Source: Eledone cirrhosa
Taxonomy: Eukaryota
NCBI GenBank assembly: GCA_964016885.1
Contig: OZ024740.1
Coordinates: 80,786,001-80,850,000, forward strand
DNA length: 64,000 bases
Reading direction: 5' to 3'
Shown here: piece by piece, positions 27,131-39,886 of the stretch
Layout of the letters: the number at the start of each line of letters is the position of its first letter
Position numbering within the stretch: the first letter of the stretch is position 1
Notes under the pieces: model-generated
The model's database searches: none
What the model was told of the DNA's origin: nothing
The model's input: only the letters and a program-made list of their open reading frames with translations
Made by a program: the position numbers and the translations under genes

Positions 27131-28967
27131 ATGGCGGAAAAGATGGCAGACATGTCTGCCATTAGCTCTGCCACGCCCCCCAAGTCTGAAGAACAAAAAA
27201 TAATTACAACAAAATTAGACATTGAAACAAACAAACAAAATGAAAAAACAAATGTTAAGGAAAATGAGCAAACAGAAAACAAACAAACAGAAAATAATAC
27301 AAATAACGACAGGGCAACTTTCGCCCAGAAAACAAAGCAATCCATTACATACACACCAATTGACCTAACTGCCGCCAGAGAAAAACTGGCCGAAGCAAAG
27401 AAACATATTGTTTTGGGGGAGAACGGAATGTTTTCCATTAACTCCCCCCCAGAATTCAAGAAAGCCAGAGCAGAAAACACAGTTATATACAGAACTATAC
27501 TAAACCAGTCAAGAAAGCCAGCACAGCCCAGCCAAATGGAAATAGAGTTAGTCCTAAAAGACTATATGAAGAATATTCTCTTCATACGAAAGGACCGACT
27601 CTATGGCAGCATTTCGGTCCTAACAAGAGACAAAGAAACGGCGGTTCAGCTTTCCCTAAGCCCACTCTCGTCGACAACATATAGCTTCTATCCCTCCTAC
27701 ATGGGTAGAAGAACACAGAGAATAAAAGTAAAAACAATGCTGCCCACAATGGACTTCTGGTGGGCTATTGCTGGCTTCATTGATATGGGCGAAGACACTA
27801 TGCTGTCAATGGGGAAGGCAACTGGAGATGCGTTCCTGGGAATGGGCCTCGACATACTAGTCCAAATGAGGCCCGAAAGAATAGCACAAATCCCGGATCG
27901 CATCTGGCTGGATGACCTTACCCCAATAGACATAATTGTAGAGGGGAGAAGACCAGCATGCTATTTATGCATGGAAAGGGGACACGTTAAGGCTAACTGC
28001 CCGAAACGTATCCCCCAAAAAGGACTATTGCCCACACCCACCACAAACAGTACACCAGCACCACCCACCTCCAAAAATACACTAATACCACACACAGCAA
28101 ACAAAATACAGACACCACCAACCACAAACACAACACAAACATCACCACCACCAGCACCAAACACAAGCACGACACAAAAATCACCACCACCAACCACAAC
28201 ACAAACATCACCACCACCATTACCAACCACAAGCACGACACAAACATTACCACCACCACCACCACAAAACCCATTCCAAACAAATAATAAAAAAAACAGT
28301 AACAAATCTACCCCTCCCGCAAAAAAAAAAACAACCACACAACACGTCCCTCCCACCTAGCGCTGAAGAGTTTCCCCCAACTTCTGAAGAAGAAGGAGGA
28401 GAAGCCTTCAGACAAGTTAAAAGAAAAAAAAGAAAACACACACCCAGCACACCACAAATAACCCACACACAAACACCAACTCCAATCAAAAACACCCCAC
28501 CCTCAACAAACAAAAATAAATCTGCGCCTCCCCTCTCCGAAACATTGACAGCATCACAAAAAAAGACGTTGCAATACACATATATAAATAAAGAAAACAA
28601 AAAACTGGTTAAATTAATAAACAATAACCCTATGGTGCAGACCGAAGGGCCAAACTTTATCTCAACAGAGAACTTCACCCATTTAAAAATGATAAAGGTC
28701 CCTCTGGACCTTTATCGTTCCTTAAAAGAACAATTTAGACGGGACGTGAGCCCCCCCTGTTTAAAACCGTTGAATCGCGTCCTCTTGAAAGATTTCCCCA
28801 TAACCGCCCCTCTCCCTGACACAACTCCAAATACCCCAACCCCACCACACACGTGTACCCCCACACCACCACAAAACATCCCTCCACCCAACACACCTGA
28901 TGCCATGGAAATTACGCAACCCGGAGAGGTAAGTGCTTTTCTTTCTTCACTTTCAACACCAAAATAG
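27131..28967 (+). CDS. Tx1 ORF1 (gag-like, CCHC zinc knuckle, Pro/Thr-rich), frameshifted near a poly-A run
   Basis: ATG at 27131 and knuckle CYLCMERGHVKANC. After the A-run near 28321-28331 the reading continues in another frame (PSAEEFPPTSEEEGGEAFRQVKRKK...) to TAG 28967. Confidence 0.8.
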
Positions 28968-31900
28968 ATCAATTGAGAGTTGGCTGTTTGAACGCGCGTG
29001 GCCTGAGCTCAGCTTGGAAGCAAGCAAAGCTTCTAAGTGACCTCAGGTCACAAAGTATAGATGTGATGGTTGTTTGCGAGAGTCGGATCAGCAGCGTGAG
29101 ACAGCTGGCGCCCGCCTTCGATGACTTTGAGATGCACGCATCTCTCTGTCAACCCGGAGGCGGGGGGGGGGGGAGTTGCCGTACTGCTGGATAAACGTCT
29201 GACTCTCGACGTACAGATTGTTCACTCGGACCCGGGGGGTCGATTACTGGTGCTGGACGTCGGAGGTGGTGAAGGCGGGGCTTTCAGACTGGTCGGTCTT
29301 TATGCTCCCTTCGGGGCGGAGAGAGCCGACTTCTTCCAACGTCTGGAGACTTTTCTAGGAACGTCGCGTTCCCTGCTTTTAGTGGGGGACTGGAATGGAA
29401 TCCTAGATGCGCGTTGGGACTATGCAGGGGCATGTCCCGATAGAGGGGGGTGTAGCAGCCTCAAGGGGTTACTCGATCGATTCGACCTGGTCGATAGATT
29501 TCGACTAGATTGTCCAACTGCGCCAACCTGGACCTGGGCAAACCGCAGTGGACAATCTAGATCGTACCTAGATAGGTTTTTGGTTAGGAGTAAGGATAGG
29601 GACGTATTTAGTTGTCCAGAACTGATCATGGTTGGCTATTCAGATTACAAATTAGTGACCTGCGTGGTCAACCTTGATAGAACGCATAGACAGGGTCCCG
29701 GTTACTGGAAGATGAACTTGTCCTTACCGACAAAGAAAGATTACAGAAACCGGATTAGTAGCTTAGTTAAGATGCGGTTGACGGGAGCGATCGTCAACAG
29801 TAGGTGGTGGATATCTCTAAAGAGAGAGATTAGAGTAAGTTCGATAGGTTACAGTAAGGAACTAGCGGCAAATAGAAATAGGAGGGAAAGGGAGTTAACA
29901 GATAAACTAGAAGAGGCGATTAGGAGCGGAGACGTAGCCAGAGTGTTAGCGACGAGAACGGCATTGAGCCAGTTCTTTGACGCGAAGCACGAAGGCTGCG
30001 TTGTCCGAAGTAAAATACGTGCTTTAGGAAACGAGGGGACCAAAGCTGTTAGCTGGGCCCGCGTGACAGAAGCCAAGAGTGGGATTAAATCCACCATTCG
30101 GTCTTTGCGAGACCAGGATGGACGGGTGATCCTTGAACCTGAGCGAATGTGCGAGACCTTTCAAAGGCACTTTGCTCGACTGTTCGGAGGTGGCGGGGGG
30201 CCGGACGGGGATGTGGACTTCGGTCCATACCTCGACGGTCTACCGCGTCTTTCGAGCGGCGAAGCGGAGTGCTGCGAAGGGCCAATCACAGCCACTGAAA
30301 TCGGGGAAGCGCTCAGCCAATGCAGCAGACGCAAATCCCCGGGTCTCGATGGTCTACCATACGAACTTTATTTAGCTATGCCGGTCTTGTTCTCCGAACT
30401 CCTCGAGGCTGTCTATTGCAACTGGCAACAGAACGGGAGAATTCCCTGTTCTGTGACCAAGGGCGTGGTCACGCTAGTGAGGAAGGACGAGAGCAAGGGG
30501 GACGACTTAAGTAACTTTAGGCCCATAACTCTGCTGAATGCAGAGTTACAGATTTTGGCCAAGGTGTTGGCGAAGAGGTTGGCGCTTGTGGTGGGTCGTT
30601 TGGTGGGAGACGCGCAGACATGCGCTATCCCGTCCAGGTCCATTCACGACAACCTCCACCTCATGCGATACATCATAGAGAGGGTTGGCTACGAACCCGG
30701 CTTTGGTGGGGCCCTGATCAACTTGGATCAATCTAAGGCGTTCGATAGGGTCGACCATGGTTACCTGGATGCGGTGCTAGCGGCGGCGGGCTTCGGACCC
30801 GTTTTCAGGGGCTGGATTTCTGCCATGCACAGTGGCAACATCTACTCTAGGATTAAAGTAAACGGCTACCTCTCGGAGCCGTTTCAAATCACCCGATCCA
30901 TCAGACAGGGGTGCCCCCTCTCCTCCCTTCTGTACGTATTGACTCTCGAGCCACTGCTGCGGAAGTTGGAGTTGCTGCGGGGCATACCCCTGGAACCGGG
31001 ATTGCACAAAGCGGTCTCGGCCTATGCCGACGACGTAACAGTAATGGTGGCGGACGCCTCGGAAATCGGGGCGATCGCCACCCTACTGGAGGAATACGAA
31101 AGGCTGACGGGGGCTAAGCTGAACCAGGACAAGTCAGTCGGTTTGCAACTCGGAACGTGGAGGGGCAAACCGATGCCGTTAGACGGTGTCGTCGGGCGGT
31201 GGACGGAGGGCCCGGTGAAGCTGCTCGGGGTCTGGTTCGGACCGGACCTCCAGGTGGAGAAGAATTGGGGCGAGGTGACGAGCAGGGTGTTTGCGCTGAC
31301 CCAGAAGTGGGCCAAGTGCAAACTATCACTGAAAGGTCGGGCGGAGGTGACGAACGCTTACATAGCGTCCGTCATCTACTACCGCCTGACCGTCGTGCCT
31401 TGCCCCAAGGAAAAGCTCACCATCATGGAACGCATGCTCTTCCAGTTCCTCTGGAAGAAGCGGCCTCCCATGGTGAGGAGATCCATCTGCTGCCAGCACC
31501 CTTCGAAAGGAGGGCTGGGTATGCCGTGGCTGTTGATGCGTAGGCACGCATTGAGGCTACGGCATCTACAGGTATTCCTCAACGGTCAGCCGGTGTGGGC
31601 CCCGTTTGTGAGGCGAGCCTTCCCACAGCTCGTCTCGCTCACCGAACTGCAATCCTGGGTGAAGCAAAGACCGAGAAAACTGAGCAACTGGCACACTGAG
31701 TGTGCCCAGGCGCTCACGGCTATCTGGCAAGCGGACCCGACTGTCAGTGGAGAATCCACCTCGACATTCTATAGAGGGTTGGTGGCTAGCAGGGGCGACG
31801 ACACCCTTGGAGAGTCGCTAGGCATGGAGGAGGACGAACTGGCCAGCCTGTTCGGTAGAACTTTCGGCCCGGGACCCATGGACAACTTCCAGAGGTCCCT

Positions 31901-32405
31901 AGCCTGGCAGTGTTACCGGGGGGCTCTGCCCGTTCGAGAAAAGCTCTACAGACACGGGCGCCCGGGCAGGGATCCCGCGAAAAAGATCTGTCCCAGATGC
32001 GTGCGCGACGAGGAAACCGTTGCGCATGCACTGGTACACTGCCCGGGCGTTGCCGATCTGTGGGGCTACGTCGAACGACTGCTGTCGCGTGTGGCGCCGA
32101 TTCGATTAACCGCCGAGTCTGTGGTGAACATCAAGCCGCCTCCTCCCTTCAGAAATGAAGCAGAGGCGGTCTTTCTGTGCGTAATAGCCATGATGAAAGA
32201 GGTTGTGTGGTGGACGCGCCTGAAAGGTCTGAGGTCGGGTGACTTTCTCTCCGGCCATCACCTGGTTTACTTCTTCCGATACCACTTCGGAAGAAGAATC
32301 AGGATGGAGAGAGAAGTGCTTGGTCCCAGACAGTTTTATGAAAGGTGGGTGAAAGAAGCGAGTATGGCCCGTGTAAATGGGCCTTCTCTCTACATTGTTC
32401 TGTAG
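28964..32405 (+). CDS. Tx1 ORF2 (AP endonuclease, reverse transcriptase, C-terminal CCHC), frameshift in a G-run
   Basis: LRVGCLNARGL, VVCES, GDWNGIL, SYLDRF, KSPGLDGLPYELY, NFRPITLLN, LDQSKAFDRVDH, IRQGCPLS, AYADDV and CPRC..EETVAHALVHC. Frame break at the G-run 29162-29173. Confidence 0.92.
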
Positions 32406-32636
32406 GTGAAGAAGTGAAGAGGAAAGGGGGAGCGCCTCCTCTCTGGGCTTCCCCCGCGAAAAGAGTTGCACACTTTTCGGGGGTATGTGCAATCCCCAAC
32501 ACGCCCCCTCCCTTTTGAGGACTTTTTATTGTTATATTATTATTGTTATTCCTTTTTTCTTTACTCGATTTATGTAAACTCCCCCACTGTGTAAATGTCC
32601 CCTTCTTTTGTGCCCTCGTGGCAAATAAATAGAAAT

Positions 32637-32675
<39 letters not shown>

Positions 32676-32680
32676 GCTAG

Positions 32681-32773
<93 letters not shown>

Positions 32774-32904
32774 GTGAGTTTTTTTTTACAAAATGAAAAA
32801 TAACCGAGGTGTCCTACACGAGTGAAAGTATAAAGAAAAAAAGTTGAAATCGAAAATGCAACTGGAGTCTTATTTAAAAAAATATATATATATTTATTTG
32901 GTTC

Positions 32905-32940
32905 CTTTACAGGTTTCGCAGTTCTTCTGCTTTTCAAAAG
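32905..32940 (-). ncRNA. Minimal hammerhead ribozyme motif (degenerate copy) in 3' pLTR
   Basis: CTT-TTGAAAA-GCAG-AAGAA-CTGC-GAAA-CCTG-TA-AAG. Confidence 0.55.
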
Positions 32941-34580
32941 TAGAGTTGAGATGGAGGGTCTGTGGTTTTTCTCACATCTGGTTGGTCTTTGAATGTTACT
33001 TGTTTTATATGGAAAAAGTGGCTCGAAACGCCAGATTTTTAGAGAAGTAATTTGATTGGTTGGTGAATAATTATAATAAATTTCGCGCCAGTTCGCGTTA
33101 CAAAGTTCTTCAAACAAGGGGTGGGGGGTCAGGTTGTTTTTTCATATATGAGTGTTTGAATTTCTTTTTACTTAAAACAAAAGGCTCACGAAGGCTTTTT
33201 TTAATAAACTTAATTTGATTGGTTATAAATGAAATTATGGTTGTCACGTGAACAAGTTTTCATTAAATTTCGCGCCCTTATTTGGAAATCTATTCTGTAG
33301 CCTTTTTAGAGAAATTTATGACAAACAAAAGATAATGGTCAACAGAAAGGGGATGGGAGGATTGTTCTGGTTCTGTGAATATGGTTAGTTCGCTGTATGT
33401 ATGTTTATTTGTGTGCTTGTGTGTGTGTGTCTATTGGAAGATGATTCTATTAGTAGAAATGGGGGAGGGAGTTGTGTGTGTGTGTATATGTGTGTTATGT
33501 GTGTATATATGTGTGTAGGAAAGTGATTCTATTAGGAGAAATGGGGGAGGGAGTTGTGTGTGTGGGGGTGGGGGTTGATATGTGTGTGTATGGGTGTTAT
33601 CTGTGTGTGGGAGTATGGTTAGCATGTTAAGATGAAGAGAATATATATATATTGTGTGTGTGTGTGCGTGTGTAGGAAAATGATTCCTTTAGTAGGAATA
33701 TTTTTGAATGAACATATTTTCCTTACTTATTCGTATTTTTTCTGTCGTATTGTCAGCGCAAACGTATGTTAAGGTTTATTTAGTTCGGGTTTTTATTTTC
33801 TAAAGTAGCAGGTGTTATGTGTGTGTGTATGTGTCTGTTTGGATGGTTAGCATGTTATGGCGTTGACATAATATATATTAAACCATATTTAATGCTGGTC
33901 TATATTTTTGAATAAACATATTTTCCTTATTTATTCGTATTTGTTCTGTTGTATTGACAGTGCAAAGATAAAATGGGATGACTTGGAATTTGGGTGTCTT
34001 ATTACTTGCGCATATGTCTAGATATGCACTTAGTGGTATCTGTCTCGTGGTTGGATCTCGTAATTGTTGGCGATGGACTGTCATTCTGTTTCTGAGTGTG
34101 AGTTTAGTTTGTCCTATATAATCTTCATTGCATCCTTTACATTTAATGGTATAAAGCAGATTTTTTGATGAGCAAGAGAAGTGATTTTTTACAGCAACAT
34201 TTTGTCCTGATTGAAATGTATACGTGTTGTCTTCAATGAGGTGAGTGCAGGTTCCATAATTAGAGCGACCACATTTTTTGACAGTTGGTTGTGGGTTTGT
34301 GGTAGGTAATTTGGCATAGGTTGGTAATCTTTTCAGTTATTTCGGTGGTCTTTTGCTTTTGATTATTTTGTGTGTTTAAAAAGCTCTTTTCATTCTTTGG
34401 GCCTTGTTTTAGTAGTGGGATGTTCTTGTGAATAGTGTTGTCCGCTTCCGCATTTCTTGGGCTGTGTGTTGAGATATATGATAGAATATTGGACGTACCT
34501 TGAATTTGTTTCTGTTGTAATTCATCAATGCCTATTGCTTTAGCCCTTTCTATTCCATTATTTATTAGTAATGGTGGGTA

Positions 34581-34622
34581 ATGCACTGGGTAATTGCTGG
34601 CCTTGTGCCTAAAGTAGAAACA
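34581..34622 (+). mobile_element. 5'-truncated OK-like SINE tail with 24-bp target-site duplication inside the PLE ORF
   Basis: ATGCACTGGGTAATTGCTGGCCTTGTGCCTAAAGTAGAAACA flanked by ATTATTTATTAGTAATGGTGGGTA at 34557-34580 and 34623-34646. Confidence 0.9.
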
Positions 34623-37417
34623 ATTATTTATTAGTAATGGTGGGTACTCTCTTTCGAGTAGAATTTCCTTTAATTCTTGAAGTCTTTTATTTCGCGTTTC
34701 ATAATTGGAGACAATTGTGCAAATTCTTCTTGCTAGGTTAAAAGGAATGATGTCTTCGTGTGCTTTGGATGGTTGGGTGGAATCTGTTGGTTTGTAGTGT
34801 ATGTCAGTTTCAATATTTGTGTCTTTTTTTAAGATTAAAATGTCCTGAAATCGGAGTTGAGCTTGGCTGTATTCCATTGTGAATTGGATGTGGTTATTAA
34901 TGCCGTTTATTAAGTTTTTGAAATCCTTCAGTTGGTCGAGTGTGTGGGACCAAAGAATGAGACAATCATCCAAGTAGCGTTTCCAATTCTCTGATAAATA
35001 TTTGTGGAAGTTCAATCCGTATTTTGATTTGGACTGTTCATATATCTGGAATTCTAAGTATGCCATGACTAAATTGGCATAAATTGGTGCGGCTTTTGTA
35101 CCAATCGCAGTCTCCGATATTTGCTTGTAAGTACTGCCATCGAAATAAAAAAAGTTGTTCTGTAAGATTAATTTTAATCCCTCGTTGATGAAGCTTTTTT
35201 CTATTCCGCCAGGTCTGTCATTGGGATAATTCTCTAGCCATATTGGTGTGGGATCGTTGTGTAGAGATTCACTACATAGAAAGACACAATAATAGTGTCG
35301 TTGTTGACATGTTTGGGGAGGTGATTTAAGAGGTCCAGAACGTCTCTTACAAGGCTTGGTATGTGTTTGAGAATTGGTTTTAGTAGTATGTCTATAAAGT
35401 TGCTCAGTCTGTTTGTTTTGTGTGTTAACGCAGGCTGAGGTGGATTGTTTACAGGCATCGTTAATTATTTTACACTTGTGGATCTTCGGAAGTCCGTAAA
35501 GGTTGCTGGTTTGTATTCAAAATGTGTTAAAAAATCGCGTTCCTTTTTAGTTAAGTCTTCCTGTTATCGACAAATCAGTGTGTTTAATATGGTCATTGTT
35601 TTTGATTGCTAGTAGTTTTTTACTCTTTCATAGTAATTAGTATTTTGTAAGAGAGAGAACATAGAATTTTTATATTTTTCAACATCCATAAAGACAACAT
35701 ACTTCCCTATTGATTTTTAGTTCATGGATAATCTACCATTCCCTTCGACTCGTGTTGGGTTTGGGTTTAGGTTGCGGTAGTTCATGGTATGGGAAAGTAG
35801 CTATGTGGTCACAACATTTGTCCAGAACTCTGTTTCTACCTTTTGTTGGGTTGTGGCTGCTTTTATTCCGTACAATTGATTCGTCGTTATTCTCCTTGTC
35901 AAAGAATTCCTCTGTCAGATGTAATTTTCTACAGAAGTGTGAGATATCGTCATTTATCTCATTAAGGTTAGAGTATTGTAGTGTTGGTGTGAATTTCAGT
36001 CCTTTGGAGAGAACTTTTACTTGTTGGGCTGAGAGGTTTGAATTTGAAAGGTTGATTATTTTCGGTTTTTCAAAATCGGTTTTATGCCACCGGGTGTCGT
36101 TGGTCCTCTAGCATTGGTGTAAAAAAATGATTTTTCTGGAATGTTTTTTCAATGGTATTATTATATCTAATGGTATTTCCTCTGTTGTTGTGTGGTCTTG
36201 TATAGAAGTTTCGGACGTATTGAGGTTCGGTTTGTTGATAGTCCGGGTTGTAGATTTTGTTCCTTTGTGTGGGTTGGGATCAACGGTTTTGGAACAGTTT
36301 CTGTGTGGGCAGGGGTCTACGGTTTTGGAATAGGTTTTGTGTGGGTTGTGATCTGTGGATCGGGTCCTGTCTTGTGTTGGGGGATCTTGTTAGTAGGGTT
36401 ATAATTTAGTCTATGGGTTCTGGAATTATCGTTATAGTTTTGCTGGGGGTATGTTGGACGTTTTGTTACTTTTTTTGTTATTTGTTGAGCATGTGGTGTG
36501 TGAGTTTTAGTTTGTTTTAAAAATGGGTTACCTGTATGTTGTTCATTTTTGAAGTCCATTTCGTAGTTGTTGAACCAGGTGGCGATTTTTTCACATCGCT
36601 GGAAGGATGTTAGTTCTTCATCCTCACAGTTTTCTTTCCAAAGTTTTAAGGTTTTTTCGTAGAGTAGGCCTTCAGAGCGCTTTGAGATTTCTGTGTCCAT
36701 CTGTTGGGCGAGTGACTTGAATCTTTCTTCGTTGGAGTTGGCTCTTAATCGCAACAGTTCTATTTCTATTTTAAATTTTTCTAACGCCATCTTTTCCCTA
36801 AGTCTTTGTTGGTTTTCTGGTTCATTCGGGATGGGTTTTATTTGGAGTGTTTTGGGGAGGATGATTGAGGTAGAATTTAGCCACTTTTCATATATGTCCG
36901 CCTTGCCATTCTTTTTTAGGAGATTCCAAAAGGCGAATTTGCGGGCTGTGAGCTTTTGAGTCCATATATTGATTAGGGTGTTTTTCACTGAGTGGACATC
37001 TCGTAGATTGGGTTCTAATGGTTGTTCCAACTTTTGGAGCATTGCTGTTTCAATGGTTTCGATTAGTTTAGTTAATGCTGGAGTAATATTCGTCTCTTGG
37101 GCATTTTCTGTTTCTTCCAGGGGTCCTTTTTTTATAGATGTGTATTTTGTCCACTTTGTTGGTCAACATTGAGAGTTTAGAGAAATCTCTTTGAGTTCAT
37201 TTAAGATGTCCTGGTTCAGTGAGTTGTTGTTTTGTTGGGACTTTGGTGGCATTTTCGGTCTTCGTGTGGTTGGTATGTATTAGAAAGTGAGGTTTTTTTT
37301 ACAAAATGAAAAATAACCGAGGTATCCTACACGAGTAAAAGTATAAAGAAAAAAAGATGAAATCGAAAATGCAACTGGAGTCTTATTTAAAAAAATATAT
37401 AGATATTTATTTGGTTC

Positions 37418-37453
37418 CTTTACCGGTTTCGCAGTTCTTCTGCTCTTCAAAAG
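37418..37453 (-). ncRNA. Minimal type I hammerhead ribozyme (C3U core variant) in 5' pLTR
   Basis: CTT-TTGAAGA-GCAG-AAGAA-CTGC-GAAA-CCGG-TA-AAG, with palindromic stem III ACCGGT and a GUA site. Confidence 0.7.
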
Positions 37454-37882
37454 TAGATTTGAGATGGGGGGGTCTGTGGTTTTTCTCACATCTGGTTGGT
37501 CTTTGAATGTTACTTGTTTTATATGGAAAAAGGTGGCTCGAAACGCCAGGTTTTTAGAGAAGTAATTTGATTGGTTGGTCAATAATTATAACAGAGAGAG
37601 ATATAAGTACACTGCAGATTTATATAAAGGATACCGCCCTCTGTAGTCTTCCTATAATGATTTTTATTACATTTTAACTCATTTTAACTCATTGTTATAT
37701 ACATATAAAGATATATGTATCTGTGTTTGGATATAGCTGTCGAAACGACCCGAGCTCAGCCGACAAGGTCCTGACGCTTTTCCCATATTTTTATATACAT
37801 ATATATATATTTTTATATATCGTTATAGGTCATCCCTTATATTTTTATATATATATTTTATATATTTCTATGTATATGTACC

Positions 37883-37928
<46 letters not shown>

Positions 37929-37952
37929 CTATCACACACACACACACGCACG

Positions 37953-38004
<52 letters not shown>

Positions 38005-38474
38005 CATATATTTTACAAAACAAGTTGTAAAACAAAATACCCACATAAAAAACAAGGCTAACCGCAGAAAATATCCTCTATTAAATCATTATATATTTTA
38101 CTAGTAAAAAGGAATGCAATTATAATTAACATTAAAAATAAGGAATGTATTTAATACACATCCTGCTACAGCGGAGATTGACGTCTACAACCCGCAGATA
38201 TCTTTAACTGTCGGTTACACTGAACCGATACTTGAGGTTCCTGTTACTGATTCTCTGGTGCTTTGCAATTGAAACTAAGATTGGGTTGTTAGGTCCCGAT
38301 AGAAAATAAATTATTCAGGAAAATATATCTGACATAGATAAGCATATAACAATGAGTTAAAATGTAATAAAAAATCATTCTAGGAAGACTACAGAGGGGG
38401 GTATACTTATTATAAAATCTGCAGTGTATATATACCTCTCTCTCCACCCGAATGAATGATTCTATATATGTACG

Positions 38475-38519
<45 letters not shown>

Positions 38520-38522
<3 letters not shown>

Positions 38523-38638
38523 CGAGTAGGACCCCGACGGCTGAGCTCAAGCCGTTTCGACGGCTAATTCTGGACTTTTTTAGTCCAGAATTAGCCGTCG
38601 AAACGGGTTGAGCTCAGCCGTCGGGGTCCTATTCGTTC
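38520..38638. repeat. Near-perfect hairpin (~56-bp arms) adjacent to (TA)n
   Basis: GAACGAGTAGGACCCCGACGGCTGAGCTCAAGCCGTTTCGACGGCTAATTCTGGACT followed by its reverse complement. A related segment lies at 37738-37775. Confidence 0.9.
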
Positions 38639-38718
38639 CTATTACCCACTCTACTACGCTAAGTATTGAGTACTTTGGTGCGTTATGGTCCATCTGGTTC
38701 CTTACCGCATTTCCTTCG

Positions 38719-38798
<80 letters not shown>

Positions 38799-39391
38799 AT
38801 ATATAATATATATCTAATATATATATATATATACATACACACACGTACACACATACAAACATTCATTCATACAGGGTGCTTTCCCTATGCTGTTAAGACT
38901 AGCATTGATAACACAGCTTATCAAACATTCTTGGTGAGACTGAAAGGATGTTTATTATAATTTGGTTTATGTTCTAATATACAACCCTGGCTATCGTGGA
39001 TTGTGTAGGATTTCATTTCTATATATGTATAATTGTACGCCTACTGAATATTAAATAAGCGCGTGGTTATGTTGATGATAAGAGAACATATCTGCTAAAA
39101 GACGTTATAACTTTATTTGATAACGAAGGCTCTGATAGTGATATAGTAAAAAGTGAAACATCTTGAATTCGTCGAACTATTGTTATTTATACACTCACAA
39201 ACGTGCGCGTGTATATCTCACTCTCTCTCTCTTTCTCTCTATATATATATATAAATATTCCAGTAGGTACTAAGTACTCATGGAAATATATATGGTGTCT
39301 ATAACAGTGGTTATTCAATGGTACTAATTTGAGATACCAGAATTATAAAAATGAGCGGAACAAGTAAACATTAAACAATCTGTATATATAT

Positions 39392-39886
39392 ATAGCACTA
39401 GAACAGGTGCATATTTAAATCGTATTTTAATTTATTTAAAAGATTGTCTAATGTTTTTATAATTGTGGTATCTCAAATCAGTACCATTGAATAACCACTG
39501 TTATAGACACCTTATATATTTCCGTAGGAACTTAGTACCTACTGGAATATTTATATCATTTATTTGTATTCTCCTATGTAGGGGAAGAAATGTATCGTGC
39601 TGCTATTTCTAGTAACATGAAATTTCAACAAGTCTATAATTCCCGCTTTTTCCTAACGGCCTATTTATGTGTAGGTCACTTTAACAGCCTGACCCCATGC
39701 ATTGGGCAGAAAGCAATATATTTACTACTACAAGGCTTTTGTGCCCTGTGGTATGGAAATAGCTGTCTGAAGAGCTGATTCTTTCCATTGGAAATTCTCT
39801 GAATTTCCAATCTTTTGATAGGTGAAACTGTCAGTCACAGCACTAGAACAGGTGAATATTTAAATCGTATTTTAATTTATTTAAAA
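39392..39886 (+). mobile_element. Retrozyme-like element: 445-nt unit plus start of a second unit, with an inverted 5' copy
   Basis: A(T/C)AGCACTAGAACAGGTG(C/A)ATATTTAAATCGTATTTTAATTTATTTAAAA occurs at 39392 and 39837. A hammerhead spans the junction. 39250-39381 is an inverted copy of 39441-39557. Confidence 0.75.
39762..39841 (+). ncRNA. Type I hammerhead ribozyme
   Basis: Stem I GCTGT/ACAGC, core CTGAAGA, extended stem II including ATTGGAAATTC/GAATTTCCAAT, GAAA, stem III ACTG-T-CAGT, GUC cleavage triplet at 39834-39836. Confidence 0.85.

Larger units (their letters stand above)
26930..32637 (+). mobile_element. Tx1-clade non-LTR retrotransposon, full length, inside a (CTAT)n microsatellite
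   Basis: Two ORFs. (CTAT)n lies at 26899-26927 and from 32638. AATAAA is near the 3' end. Confidence 0.93.
32767..37590 (-). mobile_element. Near-complete Penelope-like element (Neptune-type) with ~310-bp direct pseudo-LTRs, degenerate ORF
   Basis: pLTRs at 32767-33076 and 37278-37590, ATG at 37252. RT motifs YGLPKIHK, VVNLYTTIPH, GTKAAPIYANLVMAYLE and WKRYLDDC. Cys-rich linker and GIY-YIG LLYTIKCKGCNEDYIGQT..LRNRMTVHRQQ. Abuts (TA)n. Confidence 0.92.

Noticed and set aside
27067-32502. Antisense and alternative-frame ORFs overlapping the Tx1 element
   Set aside because: Shadow ORFs of compositionally biased coding sequence with no motifs of their own.
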